From NCBI GenBank assembly GCA_964392505.1, contig CAYMQP010000003.1, forward strand, positions 1 to 49,171: 49,171 nucleotides of DNA, written 5' to 3'. The notes beneath the pieces were generated by a model. That model saw only the letters and a list, made by a program, of their open reading frames with translations. It was not told the origin of the DNA and ran no database searches. The stretch comes from an uncultured Bacteroidales bacterium (lineage in GTDB: Bacteria; Bacteroidota; Bacteroidia; Bacteroidales; UBA10428). This document shows, in pieces, positions 35,827-45,174 of the stretch. Position 1 is the stretch's first letter, and each line of letters starts with the position of its first letter. Made by a program: the position numbers and the translations under genes.

Positions 35827-36578
35827 CATTAGTTATATGCTCATATAACACACCAAAAATACTGGATCTTTGCCTCAAAAGTTATGTTTACCACCATAAT
35901 AGAGGTCCGCATAAGATTGTAATCGTGGAAAATTCTACCGAAGAGGCAACTAGACAGTTTTTAGATAGCAATCAAATTACCTACTTAAAAAACCCTGGGG
36001 GTACCCATTCACTTTCTATTGATAAAGGACTTAATATTGTGGATACCAAATATTCACTTTTGATTGATACCGATATTGTTTTTAGAAAAAATATTGGCGA
36101 AACATTTGAAATTTTCAAAGACGGTAAATATACATTGATGGGAGAGATTCAGGCAAATAGAGGAGGGTTCCTATTATACCCAAGAGTTGCGCCATATTTT
36201 TGTTTTATCAATATGAAGAGTATTCGATCAAGCAACATAAGATTCCATAATGAACAGAAGATTGCGAAAACCAATTCGACTGATTTTTTTCAAAATATCC
36301 CTATTAACCATCAAAACGAGAATAAAAGGTTTTATGATGTTGGTTCTACCTTCTTTGAGGAAATTCAAAAACATAATTTTAGAATTTCGAATTTGGAAAG
36401 CATTGATAGTATTGTTTTCCATGCAGAATCGTTAAGCTGGGCCATACAATCCGGAATCGAGGAGTACATGAATATAGGTAAAGAAAGGCGGGATCGTTTT
36501 TACAATATTGCTGGAATGTATGATAAAATAAATATTAAAGGCTGCTATGTAAGCTCATTACATCAGGGTATTATCTAA
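35811..36578 (+). CDS. Glycosyltransferase family 2
   Basis: LTLVICSYNTPKILDLCLKSYVYHH...IVIVENSTEEATRQFL...LLIDTDIVF (a DxD-type motif). 16-nt overlap with the upstream gene. Confidence 0.7.
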   Translation: MFDDLTLVICSYNTPKILDLCLKSYVYHHNRGPHKIVIVENSTEEATRQFLDSNQITYLKNPGGTHSLSIDKGLNIVDTKYSLLIDTDIVFRKNIGETFEIFKDGKYTLMGEIQANRGGFLLYPRVAPYFCFINMKSIRSSNIRFHNEQKIAKTNSTDFFQNIPINHQNENKRFYDVGSTFFEEIQKHNFRISNLESIDSIVFHAESLSWAIQSGIEEYMNIGKERRDRFYNIAGMYDKINIKGCYVSSLHQGII

Positions 36579-36617
36579 GAAGAATGCTTTGATTTGTAAC
36601 AGGAGAAATTTAATTAT

Positions 36618-36899
36618 TTGTTACTAAATAACTGGCATGAGATTGAAGTATTACATGTACGTCGAAGAAAATTTGCAGTCAGACTCAGGTATGGTTCAAA
36701 AGGAGAACTTGTGAGCGAAGTACAGAAAAAATTAAAGACTACTGATTACTATCAGGGTAATATTGATCAGGATTTTGGTCCAGGGATCCTGCGTGCGGTA
36801 CTTCAATTCCAGACAGATTATTTTGGTGACGATGCAGATGACGGAATTGTGGACTCAATGACAGCATCGGTGCTTGGGATAAACTGGATTAATATTTAA
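36618..36899 (+). CDS. Stand-alone peptidoglycan-binding (PG_binding_1-like) domain protein
   Basis: LRYGSKGELVSEVQKKLKTTDYYQGNIDQDFGPGILRAVLQFQTDYFG...DGIVDSMTASVLG matches the PG_binding_1 pattern. It has only a TTG start, with AGGAGA 11 nt upstream, and no catalytic domain is attached. Confidence 0.45.
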   Translation: MLLNNWHEIEVLHVRRRKFAVRLRYGSKGELVSEVQKKLKTTDYYQGNIDQDFGPGILRAVLQFQTDYFGDDADDGIVDSMTASVLGINWINI

Positions 36900-37012
36900 T
36901 AAAAATTATTAAAAGATAAAGCTTTAAATATTTGATATTTGAATATTCAAAAATCACATAGCTCGCGGATATCCTCTATATAAATTGCAGATTAGAGTAT
37001 TATATTCCTCCT

Positions 37013-37040
37013 GCCTCATTGATCAATGGGGCTTTTTTAT
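37013..37040 (+). terminator. Rho-independent terminator closing the plus-strand block
   Basis: GCCTCATT-gatc-AATGGGGC (8-bp stem including one G-U, 4-nt loop) followed by TTTTTT at 37033-37038. Confidence 0.55.
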
Positions 37041-37654
37041 TGCTAAAGCTAATTATTTATGAGAAACCAGTTATACTTAAATGATGTGGTTCTGTACATG
37101 CGTTATACTGATCAGGCTATATGAAAATTCATTGCTCCATTCACTAATTTATTTTATACAGATGTAGATGAAATATATATTACAGTAAATCCTGATATCT
37201 CTAAACCTGCCCGCAGGATTATAATACGGAATGGCAAATACGAACTTTTTTATAATACATCTGAACAACTATTTGATATAAAACTTGAGGACTAACCGCA
37301 AGTCATGTTAAACTACAAGTACATGCTGAATTATATATCCACTATTAACGAGAACATCTTAAATACATAGTAAAATAACAGCCTGGAACTTAATATTAAT
37401 CGATGATTCTCTTCCAAGATATATAAGGTTTTATTAAAATAATCATAATAGAACATCAGGTGAATGAGCTGCACATTAAATTATTATTTCAGTGTTTTTA
37501 CCATATTAGATCCTAGAGAAAAAGTATAAGCATTAGCAATATAGATGAATATATCGTTTTCAGGAAAATATGGAAAAAGACTCTGTATTGATATTACAAA
37601 GCTTGCAGCATAAGGATTTCCTTGAAATAATTTAGTTATGTTTTACCAACTTAT

Positions 37655-37688
37655 AAATAATAAAACCGGGATTTCTGAAAGTCCCGGT
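37655..37688 (-). terminator. Terminator downstream of the tRNA (minus strand)
   Basis: On the minus strand, ACCGGGA-ctttcagaaa-TCCCGGT (plus-strand 37665-37688) is followed by TTTTATTATTT. It begins 9 nt after the tRNA 3' end. Confidence 0.55.
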
Positions 37689-37696
37689 ATTCGTAG

Positions 37697-37769
<73 letters not shown>

Positions 37770-37805
37770 ATATATTGTGAAAGAGTGTTTGGTTTCAGGT
37801 GGGTG

Positions 37806-37813
37806 CAAATATA
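37806..37813 (-). promoter_or_regulatory. Candidate Bacteroidota -7 promoter box TAnnTTTG (TATATTTG) for the tRNA
   Basis: The plus-strand caaatata at 37806-37813 reads TATATTTG on the minus strand, ending 36 nt upstream of the mature tRNA 5' end. A TTTG lies 17 nt further upstream, slightly short of the usual -33/-7 spacing. Confidence 0.35.
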
Positions 37814-37991
37814 CATAAGATTTTAGTTATCAAAAAATTTTACCATTATTTCTCAAGTCACTTTATACAAGGAGATTGGGAAAAGTAACAGTTTAATTTA
37901 AAATGTCTGCCACATTGGCATATTTTATTTCACGAACTGGATTGGTAAACATTTTGTTATAGTATATCCGAATTACAAAAAGAGAATTACA

Positions 37992-38696
37992 ATGATTGGA
38001 ATGGGATATATTGTCATAATTATCGTATTTGCAATTTTCAGTATGATTGTTGGGAATCGGTTAAAATCAAAATTCAGAAAATATTCAAAAATCCCTGTTA
38101 ACTATGGTATGAGTGGGAAGGATGTCGCAGAAAAAATGCTACATGAGAATGGAATTTATGATGTGCGTGTTGTTCCGACTCGTGGTCAACTTTCCGATCA
38201 TTATAATCCGGCTACAAAAACAGTAGCTTTAAGTCACAATGTATATTATGGTCAGAATGTTTCGGCAACAGCTGTGGCTGCTCACGAATGTGGTCATGCC
38301 GTGCAACATGCCAAAGCCTATGCTCCGCTTAAATTGCGTACTGCGCTTGTACCATTACAAAATGTTAGCGCTCAGATTCTGAATTTTGTTTTTGGTTTAA
38401 TGATATTCGGAACTCTCTTTGCCGGACAAATACTTCCACCCAATCTTGCACTTACAATATTCGTTGTTGCATACGGAGTATTTACACTTTTTGCTTTTGT
38501 AACCCTTCCGGTTGAAATTAATGCCAGCCGAAGAGCACTCGCTTGGATTGGTAATGCCGGCATCACCAATTACAGTAACCATGCACAAGCCAAAGATGCA
38601 TTAAAATGGGCCGCATATACTTATGTTGTGGCAGCAATCGCTTCTCTGGCAACTTTCCTTTACTTTTTACTAATGCTTCTCGGTAGAAGGAATTAA
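37992..38696 (+). CDS. Membrane-associated zinc metallopeptidase, YugP / Zn_peptidase_2 family
   Basis: The N-terminal TM helix plus NRLKSKFRKYSK, MSGKDVAEKML, LSDHYNP..K.V.LS and HECGHAVQH (HExxH), together with the C-terminal TM helices, are characteristic of the family. Confidence 0.85.
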   Translation: MIGMGYIVIIIVFAIFSMIVGNRLKSKFRKYSKIPVNYGMSGKDVAEKMLHENGIYDVRVVPTRGQLSDHYNPATKTVALSHNVYYGQNVSATAVAAHECGHAVQHAKAYAPLKLRTALVPLQNVSAQILNFVFGLMIFGTLFAGQILPPNLALTIFVVAYGVFTLFAFVTLPVEINASRRALAWIGNAGITNYSNHAQAKDALKWAAYTYVVAAIASLATFLYFLLMLLGRRN

Positions 38697-38750
38697 GCTT
38701 AAAAATATTCAATTAAATTAGCCCCTTAAATAAACACTAAGAGGTTTTTT

Positions 38751-40619
38751 ATGAAATTGCATTACTTATTTATCGTTGCATACTTATTATTTGCCGATAT
38801 TTTAGCAGCACAGGGTACTGACTATATAAAAAAACACTATTCCAAGCGCGAAGTATATATTACTATGCGCGACGGTGTCAGGCTTTTTACCGCCATTTAT
38901 TCACCTCGCGATACATCAATAAACTATCCAATTATGATAGTTAAAACACCATATGGAATTAAACCTTATGGCAAAGAAAATTATCCTGAAACTATAGGAC
39001 CATCTCTTTACCTGGCGCAAGAGAAGTATATTTTTGTATACCAGGATGCTCGTGGTATGTTCATGTCAGAAGGATATATGGACCAAATGACACCTCATTT
39101 ATTTGAAAAACCCGATTCCACATATGTTGATAATAGCAGCGATACTTTCGATACTGTGGAATGGCTGCTGAAAAACACAAATAATAACGGGAAAGTCGGA
39201 CTATGGGGAATATCATACCGGGGCTTTTATGCTTCTTCGGGAATTATTAATGCTCATCCAGCTATTGTTTGTTCCAGTCCACAGGCTCCAATTGCCGACT
39301 GGTTTATTGGTGATGATTTACATCATAATGGCGCTTTTTCTCTTATGTCGACTTTCGATTTTTTTGAAGCTGTAGGTCAAAATCGTGAAGAACCATTTAC
39401 AGATTGGTCTCCGAATTTTAATTTTCCTGTTCGCGATGCGTATAATTTTTTTCTGAATCTGGGACCGCTTTACAAAGTGAATTCAACTTACTTTGAAAAT
39501 AAGGTACCCGTTTGGGATACACTTATGGCTCACCCCGATTACGATGAATACTGGCAGAAACGAAATATTTTACCGCGATTGAAAAACATTAAACCTGCAG
39601 TATTAGTAACTGGCGGACTATTCGATCATGAGAATCTTTATGGAAGTCTGCAAACCTATAAAGCTATTAAGGAAAACAATGACAACAATACACGACTCGT
39701 TTTAGGACCATGGATCCATGGAGGATGGGCTAGAACCACCGGTGAAAGTTTTGGAATTCTGGAGTTCGGTCAATCAACATCTGATTTCTATCAGCAATCA
39801 ATTGAAACCCCCTTTTTTAACTATTACCTAAAAAGAAAAGGATTGCTTGATGATCTTGCTCCGGTATCGGTATTTGTCACAGGAATTAATACATGGAAGC
39901 AATTTAAATCCTGGCCGCCGGAGACAACACAGGCAATTGACTTGTATCTAAATAAAGATTTTTCTCTTACCAGTTCAATGCCATCAGTTTCAGGATTTGT
40001 TTCTGATTATTATGTTTCCGATCCTTCTCATCCGGTTCCCTATACACAAATCTTTCATCCCGTGCGATTGTTTTATAATAAGGAATATATGGTAGAAGAT
40101 CAGCGGTTTGCATCAGCCCGTCCCGATGTATTAACCTATCAATCAGAAATACTTATCGATACCATGATTTTTACCGGTCCTGTTACAACAACTTTATTTG
40201 TTTCTTCCACCTCAACCGATTATGATATTATCGTAAAGCTTATCGATGTATATCCAGATACTGTTAAAACCGAATATTTCCGTGAAACTTTTACAGAAAC
40301 TGCAGGTTATCAATTACTGATAAGAGCTGAAATTCTACGAGTGAAATACCGTAGCAGCTATTCAAATCCTGAAGCTGTAATTCCGAATAAAATAGAAGAA
40401 CTGACTATTCACCTTAACGATATCAGTCATGCTTTTCTTCCAAATCACTGTATAATGGTTCAGATACAGAGTAGCTGGTTTCCGTTGTATGATAGAAATC
40501 CCCAACAATTTATGAATATCTATGAGGCAAGCGAAGATGATTTCAGGAAGGCTGAAATAAGGATTTACCGCTCGAAAGAATATCCATCATATCTAAGGTT
40601 TACGCTTTATAATGATTAG
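38751..40619 (+). CDS. CocE/NonD-family (peptidase S15, Xaa-Pro dipeptidyl-peptidase-like) serine hydrolase with a signal peptide
   Basis: VYITMRDGVRLFTAIYSP, the GISYRGF nucleophile elbow (GxSYxG), and the C-terminal IRAEILRVKYRSS...IQSSWFPLYDRNPQ typical of the CocE/NonD C-terminal domain. Confidence 0.85.
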   Translation: MKLHYLFIVAYLLFADILAAQGTDYIKKHYSKREVYITMRDGVRLFTAIYSPRDTSINYPIMIVKTPYGIKPYGKENYPETIGPSLYLAQEKYIFVYQDARGMFMSEGYMDQMTPHLFEKPDSTYVDNSSDTFDTVEWLLKNTNNNGKVGLWGISYRGFYASSGIINAHPAIVCSSPQAPIADWFIGDDLHHNGAFSLMSTFDFFEAVGQNREEPFTDWSPNFNFPVRDAYNFFLNLGPLYKVNSTYFENKVPVWDTLMAHPDYDEYWQKRNILPRLKNIKPAVLVTGGLFDHENLYGSLQTYKAIKENNDNNTRLVLGPWIHGGWARTTGESFGILEFGQSTSDFYQQSIETPFFNYYLKRKGLLDDLAPVSVFVTGINTWKQFKSWPPETTQAIDLYLNKDFSLTSSMPSVSGFVSDYYVSDPSHPVPYTQIFHPVRLFYNKEYMVEDQRFASARPDVLTYQSEILIDTMIFTGPVTTTLFVSSTSTDYDIIVKLIDVYPDTVKTEYFRETFTETAGYQLLIRAEILRVKYRSSYSNPEAVIPNKIEELTIHLNDISHAFLPNHCIMVQIQSSWFPLYDRNPQQFMNIYEASEDDFRKAEIRIYRSKEYPSYLRFTLYND

Positions 40620-41766
40620 CTGGAGAAAAAGATTTTTTCCCTTGAATCCATAAACGTATAATTGAATTAGCACAACGTTCCAGTAATTGTGGTGCTATTA
40701 TAAGTGCTTCATCAAGAGACATGGGTTTATCAATAATCGAGAATATCGCATCGAAACCATACGTACAGAGCTCCTGATAACCTTCACCTAATGTTCCGGC
40801 TATAGCAATAACAGGTTTATCATATTTCTTGGCAATTCTGGAAACTCCCACTGGTGTTTTTCCAAATTGTGTCTGGTAATCCATTTTACCTTCTCCGGTA
40901 ATAACCAGATCGGCCCATTGCATATGATCTTCCAAACGAGTTTCCCTACATATTATTTCAAACCCTGGTTTAAGGATAGCGTCTGTAAATGCAATAAATC
41001 CAGCGCCTAATCCACCTGCAGCTCCTGCTCCGGGTATATTATCTACTTCTTTCCCTAACTGCTTTTTTACCACTTGTGTAAAATGCTTCAGGTTATTATC
41101 AAGATGTTTTGCCATTTCTTTATCTGCACCTTTTTGTGGGGCATAAATTATAGCTGCTCCTTCCTTCCCTATAAGTGGGTTAATTACGTCGCACGCGATA
41201 ATTATCTTACAGTTTTCAATTCTTGGATCAATACCCGATAAATCAATTCTGTTGATCTTGGATAATTCGCCACCACCCTGACCAACAGGTTTCTCATCTT
41301 TATCGAGTAACTCAACGCCGAGAGCCTGTGCCATGCCTATTCCGGCGTCGGTTGTAGCGCTGCCTCCGATACCCATTATAATCCTGTTGCATCCGTTATC
41401 AAGTGCAGCTTTAATTAGTTGGCCCGTACCGTAAGTGGATGTTATCCAAGGATTTCTTTCATCAGGCGAAAGCAATTCAAGCCCCGAAGCAGCAGCCATT
41501 TCAATTACGGCTGTTTTCCCGTCGCCCAAAATTCCCCATCGGGCAAGAATCGTTCTCATTAATGGATTGTAAACCTCTGTATCAAGAAATTTCCCACTGG
41601 TGGCATCGACCAACGCTTCTACTGTACCCTCTCCTCCATCGGCCATGGGTATAATACGGATATTCCAATCCCCGGGAATATTTAGTATACCCTTTTGAAC
41701 GGCTTCACCTACCTGTTTTGCGGACAAACTGTCCTTAAAAGAATCCGGAGCAATAAGTATATTCAT
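40600..41766 (-). CDS. Glycerate kinase
   Basis: MNILIAPDSFKDSLSA..., PMADGGEGT, GIGGSATTDAGIGMAQALG and VITGEGKMDYQTQFGKTP are hallmark glycerate kinase (GlxK/GarK family) blocks. Its 3' end overlaps the convergent peptidase gene by 20 nt. Confidence 0.9.
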   Translation of the reverse strand: MNILIAPDSFKDSLSAKQVGEAVQKGILNIPGDWNIRIIPMADGGEGTVEALVDATSGKFLDTEVYNPLMRTILARWGILGDGKTAVIEMAAASGLELLSPDERNPWITSTYGTGQLIKAALDNGCNRIIMGIGGSATTDAGIGMAQALGVELLDKDEKPVGQGGGELSKINRIDLSGIDPRIENCKIIIACDVINPLIGKEGAAIIYAPQKGADKEMAKHLDNNLKHFTQVVKKQLGKEVDNIPGAGAAGGLGAGFIAFTDAILKPGFEIICRETRLEDHMQWADLVITGEGKMDYQTQFGKTPVGVSRIAKKYDKPVIAIAGTLGEGYQELCTYGFDAIFSIIDKPMSLDEALIIAPQLLERCANSIIRLWIQGKKSFSPANHYKA

Positions 41767-41901
41767 TCTCTGGATAATTTATATAAAGATATACTATACA
41801 AAATAATACCTGATATTCTATATCATCAATTTTCGATAAGCAATATCATCTAACACAAAAATCGCAAATGCGTATATTGTAAAAAGTTGCCATAAAAACT
41901 G

Positions 41902-42411
41902 ATGGATATGAAGGTAAGGAATTTGTTAATAGTGGTATTTTTGTTTACTGGTTCGTTGAGTAAAGCACAGAACAATCTAGCTACTTCTCAGGCAATATAT
42001 GTTTATAATTTCCTTCGTTACATCAAATGGCCTGATAACAGTATCGGAGATAAATTTGTAATCACAGTATATGGAAACAGTCCAATTTATAGTGAACTTG
42101 TAAACTTCACCAGAACCCGAAAATTCGGAGCAAAACCCATTGTCATTAACCGCACCAATAATCCGGATGAAATAAAGGGAAGTCATGTGGTTTTTGTATC
42201 ATCCGAAAAAACCAATTCCATAGCAAGTATAAAACAAGAAATAGGTAAGTCCCCATTGTTAATAATTGGTGAGATGGAAGGTAGTAAGGATATGGGAGCT
42301 ACAATTGAATTATTGCTGTTGAATAACCGGCTTAATTTTCGGATTGATGAAATATCGGCACAGCAACAGCAATTAATTGTAAGCAAAGAATTACTTAAGT
42401 TATCGATTTAG
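41902..42411 (+). CDS. YfiR-family (DUF4154) periplasmic protein, paralogue 1
   Basis: Signal peptide, then AIYVYNFLRYIKWPD...FVITVYG..., ...LLIIGE and a C-terminal LNFRIDEISAQQQQLIVSKELLKLS pattern typical of DUF4154. Confidence 0.7.
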   Translation: MDMKVRNLLIVVFLFTGSLSKAQNNLATSQAIYVYNFLRYIKWPDNSIGDKFVITVYGNSPIYSELVNFTRTRKFGAKPIVINRTNNPDEIKGSHVVFVSSEKTNSIASIKQEIGKSPLLIIGEMEGSKDMGATIELLLLNNRLNFRIDEISAQQQQLIVSKELLKLSI

Positions 42412-42494
42412 ACTGCATAAATTCAAAATATTGATTAAAAAGCATTTGGTCCTGTAGGCTTGGGCATACTTAAATACTCTATATGTTAACGCTG

Positions 42495-42526
42495 AACCGC
42501 TGGATATTTTTTATCACAGCGGTTCA
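42495..42526 (+). terminator. Perfect 9-bp inverted repeat GAACCGCTG-(14 nt)-CAGCGGTTC downstream of the first YfiR-like gene
   Basis: Read directly. The T-run lies in the loop rather than after the stem, so a terminator function is uncertain. Confidence 0.3.
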
Positions 42527-42794
42527 TTATGCGAATAATCATAAAAACCTCATTCTTGAATACAGTTTATTTACTATTTTTTAGAAATCTTCCAGCATTA
42601 TTTCCTCATAATTTCATTAGTTAATACACCTTATAAATATACAGGTTGAATATCCCGGTTTTTTCTGAACTTAATCTTACTCCACGTATAAAAGTTATTT
42701 TTAAAATGACTATAAGTAACCTTTTTTATTTTTTTACCGTATAGTCGGGGAATTCCTGCTGACAATTATTTATTAAAAATAACTAAAAGAACAC

Positions 42795-43310
42795 ATGAGT
42801 ACTAAAATCAAATCTCTTTTTATAGGTCTGTTTATAATAGCCTTTTTTGATATGGGGGCGAAAGCAACAAGAAATTTAGCTAATGTTGAAGCTATGTTCA
42901 TTTACAATTTCCTCCGTCATGTAAATTGGCCCGAAGGAAGTGGAAGTGATGTATTTATAATTGGAGTATACGGTGCTTCCGATATTTATGACCAGTTGGT
43001 TCAGTTTACCGCTAATCGAAAAGTAGGCACCAAATCAATTGAAATCCGAAAGATATCATCAGCATCAGAAGCAGTTTCGTGCCAGTTGATTTATATTCCT
43101 GCTGCACATATAACCAGTATTACCTCAATAAAAAATAAACTTGGTAATAAAGCTTGTCTTATTGTAGGTGAAAAAGAAGGATCAAACGCTTATGGTTCAA
43201 CAATTGAGTTTGTTTTAAAAGATAATACACTCAAATTCAGAATCGACCAAGAAAGGGCCAAACAACAAAATTTACTTGTAAGTCGTTCATTAATTGATAT
43301 GTCGATCTAA
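42795..43310 (+). CDS. YfiR-family (DUF4154) periplasmic protein, paralogue 2
   Basis: AMFIYNFLRHVNWPE...FIIGVYG...CLIVGE...LKFRIDQERAKQQNLLVSRSLIDMS is collinear with the 41902-42411 product. Confidence 0.7.
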   Translation: MSTKIKSLFIGLFIIAFFDMGAKATRNLANVEAMFIYNFLRHVNWPEGSGSDVFIIGVYGASDIYDQLVQFTANRKVGTKSIEIRKISSASEAVSCQLIYIPAAHITSITSIKNKLGNKACLIVGEKEGSNAYGSTIEFVLKDNTLKFRIDQERAKQQNLLVSRSLIDMSI

Positions 43311-43330
43311 ACAGGATATAAAATTACAAT

Positions 43331-43365
43331 AAAGGCTGGTAACTTATGTTATCAGCCTTTTTTTA
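43331..43365 (+). terminator. Rho-independent terminator between convergent genes
   Basis: AAAGGCTG-(14 nt)-CAGCCTTT followed by TTTTT. The 3' arm contains the stop codon of the minus-strand gene. Confidence 0.6.
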
Positions 43366-45079
43366 TCCAGCAAACCTGATAGGGTTTAAGGATAAAAGGT
43401 TGCTCACCTATTTTACATCCTCCTAAAAGGTCAAAAGCTCCTTTTTTTGGTATGATAAAATTCGCGGGATTAATTTTTTTTAAATTTCTTGAAAGATTTG
43501 CCAAAACCAGAAGTTCTCTATTTTTTCCTCTTTCTAATATAAATAAATCCGGATCATATATAATTACTGCTTGCGGTAAATCAGGATGAAACATTGATTC
43601 TTTCTTTCGGATTGATATTCTACGAAGTAATTCTGATAATATCAATGAATGTTCTGTGTTTTGTTTGAGTCTGCTAAATAAATCGTCTGCGTTCCATTTA
43701 TGCCGGTTTATGGATCGATACATTCCAGTGTGTGCAACACTATCATGATCGTTATGAGTACCAAGTAGATTATGAATATAAAATGCGGGAATACCATTGA
43801 ACGACATCATCAGAGTTTGTGAACAGAGAAATCGTTCATGCTGAAATTCGTCCGGACCCTGTATAGTATTTTTAAGCGCATCAATATATGTAATGTTCAT
43901 TTCGTAAGGACTATCGGTATTATCTTTATTTCGCCGTGTACTTATATATCCCCCCTGAGCTTCCATGGCATGGGCAAGAGTAACAATTTCTTCCTGAGGC
44001 AAAAGCCCTTCAAGAGGTCTTACTCCTATCCCATCGTGCGAAGCAGTGAAATTAAAAAAAGTACAACCTGCAGGTATATCTGAAAGTGTAGTAGCCCACT
44101 GATTCAGATAGGTTGAATTGGAAGTATAAAGGGCATGTAACAGCAAAGGAGGAAGGCTGAACTGGTAAACTATATCGGCTTCGTCGCCGTTGCCAAAATA
44201 ACTGAGGTTTTCTTTATTCGGTACATTGGTTTCAGTAATTAAAATAATCGAGGGATTTATATATCCGGCGATATCGTGCATTAGTTTAACTATCTCATGC
44301 GTTTGTGGTAGATGTAAACAATTAGTACCTACCTCTTTCCAAAGAAAAGCTATGGCATCGAGCCGAATAATCCTGGCTCCTTTATGCAGGTAAAATAAAA
44401 ACACTTTCAAAATTTCGAATAGCACTGTTGGATTACTGAAATTAAGATCAATTTGATCGGCACTGAAAGTAGTCCATACATGCCTGGAACCAATATCTGT
44501 TTTAAAATTTGTAAGCAATGGCAAACTTCGCGGACGTACTACAGCCGAGAGATCGGTATCAGGATCGACTTCAATAAAATAATCCTTCCCGGGATTGACT
44601 CCTTTGCAGTAATTCTGAAACCATTCGCTTTGTTGGGAAACATGGTTAATAACTAGATCGAACATAAGTTGATAATCTTTACCTATATTCATAATGTCAT
44701 TCCAGCTACCCAAACTCGGATTTACCTTGCGATAATCTATAATAGAAAATCCATCGTCGGAGCTATATGGAAAAAATGGCAAAATATGGATATGACTAAT
44801 AGCTTTTCCGAGGTATTTCAGAAGAAACCGATGCAGTGTAACCAGTGGTTTTTCATCATTCTTTCTGATACTATCGCCATACGTTATTAAAAAAACACTT
44901 TCCTCACTCCATTTTTTCTGATCGGGAACAATCGATACTTTAATCTTGTCGATTTCGTCAATCAGTTCTTTTAGCTGTTTTTCTGAATAAGGAACAGTAT
45001 TATAGATTCTTTTTAACCTCAGTTTTATTTTTTCCGATATGGTTTTATTCTGCATATAATTATCGATCAGGCTTCTCAA
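43352..45079 (-). CDS. GH13 sucrose-phosphorylase-family sugar phosphorylase (sucrose or glucosylglycerate phosphorylase-like)
   Basis: ARIIRLDAIAFLWKE (nucleophile Asp region), LITETNVPNKEN (acid/base Glu) and NFTASHDGIGVRP are GH13 sucrose-phosphorylase-type blocks. The ORF-track start is TTG, and the first ATG is at 45055. Confidence 0.8.
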   Translation of the reverse strand: MRSLIDNYMQNKTISEKIKLRLKRIYNTVPYSEKQLKELIDEIDKIKVSIVPDQKKWSEESVFLITYGDSIRKNDEKPLVTLHRFLLKYLGKAISHIHILPFFPYSSDDGFSIIDYRKVNPSLGSWNDIMNIGKDYQLMFDLVINHVSQQSEWFQNYCKGVNPGKDYFIEVDPDTDLSAVVRPRSLPLLTNFKTDIGSRHVWTTFSADQIDLNFSNPTVLFEILKVFLFYLHKGARIIRLDAIAFLWKEVGTNCLHLPQTHEIVKLMHDIAGYINPSIILITETNVPNKENLSYFGNGDEADIVYQFSLPPLLLHALYTSNSTYLNQWATTLSDIPAGCTFFNFTASHDGIGVRPLEGLLPQEEIVTLAHAMEAQGGYISTRRNKDNTDSPYEMNITYIDALKNTIQGPDEFQHERFLCSQTLMMSFNGIPAFYIHNLLGTHNDHDSVAHTGMYRSINRHKWNADDLFSRLKQNTEHSLILSELLRRISIRKKESMFHPDLPQAVIIYDPDLFILERGKNRELLVLANLSRNLKKINPANFIIPKKGAFDLLGGCKIGEQPFILKPYQVCWIKKG

Positions 45080-45174
45080 ATTTCATCAAAGTATCCATAA
45101 CAGAGAATTAGCAAGAATAATCAGTTTATGGTAGAACCATTAATAAGTATTTCCGGTGTAATAATTTCTGTAAA

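Noticed and set aside
40600-40619. 20-nt 3' overlap of the convergent S15 peptidase and glycerate kinase genes as a possible regulatory feature
   Set aside because: Short convergent overlaps are common, and no associated hairpin or conserved element is visible. It is noted only as an annotation detail.
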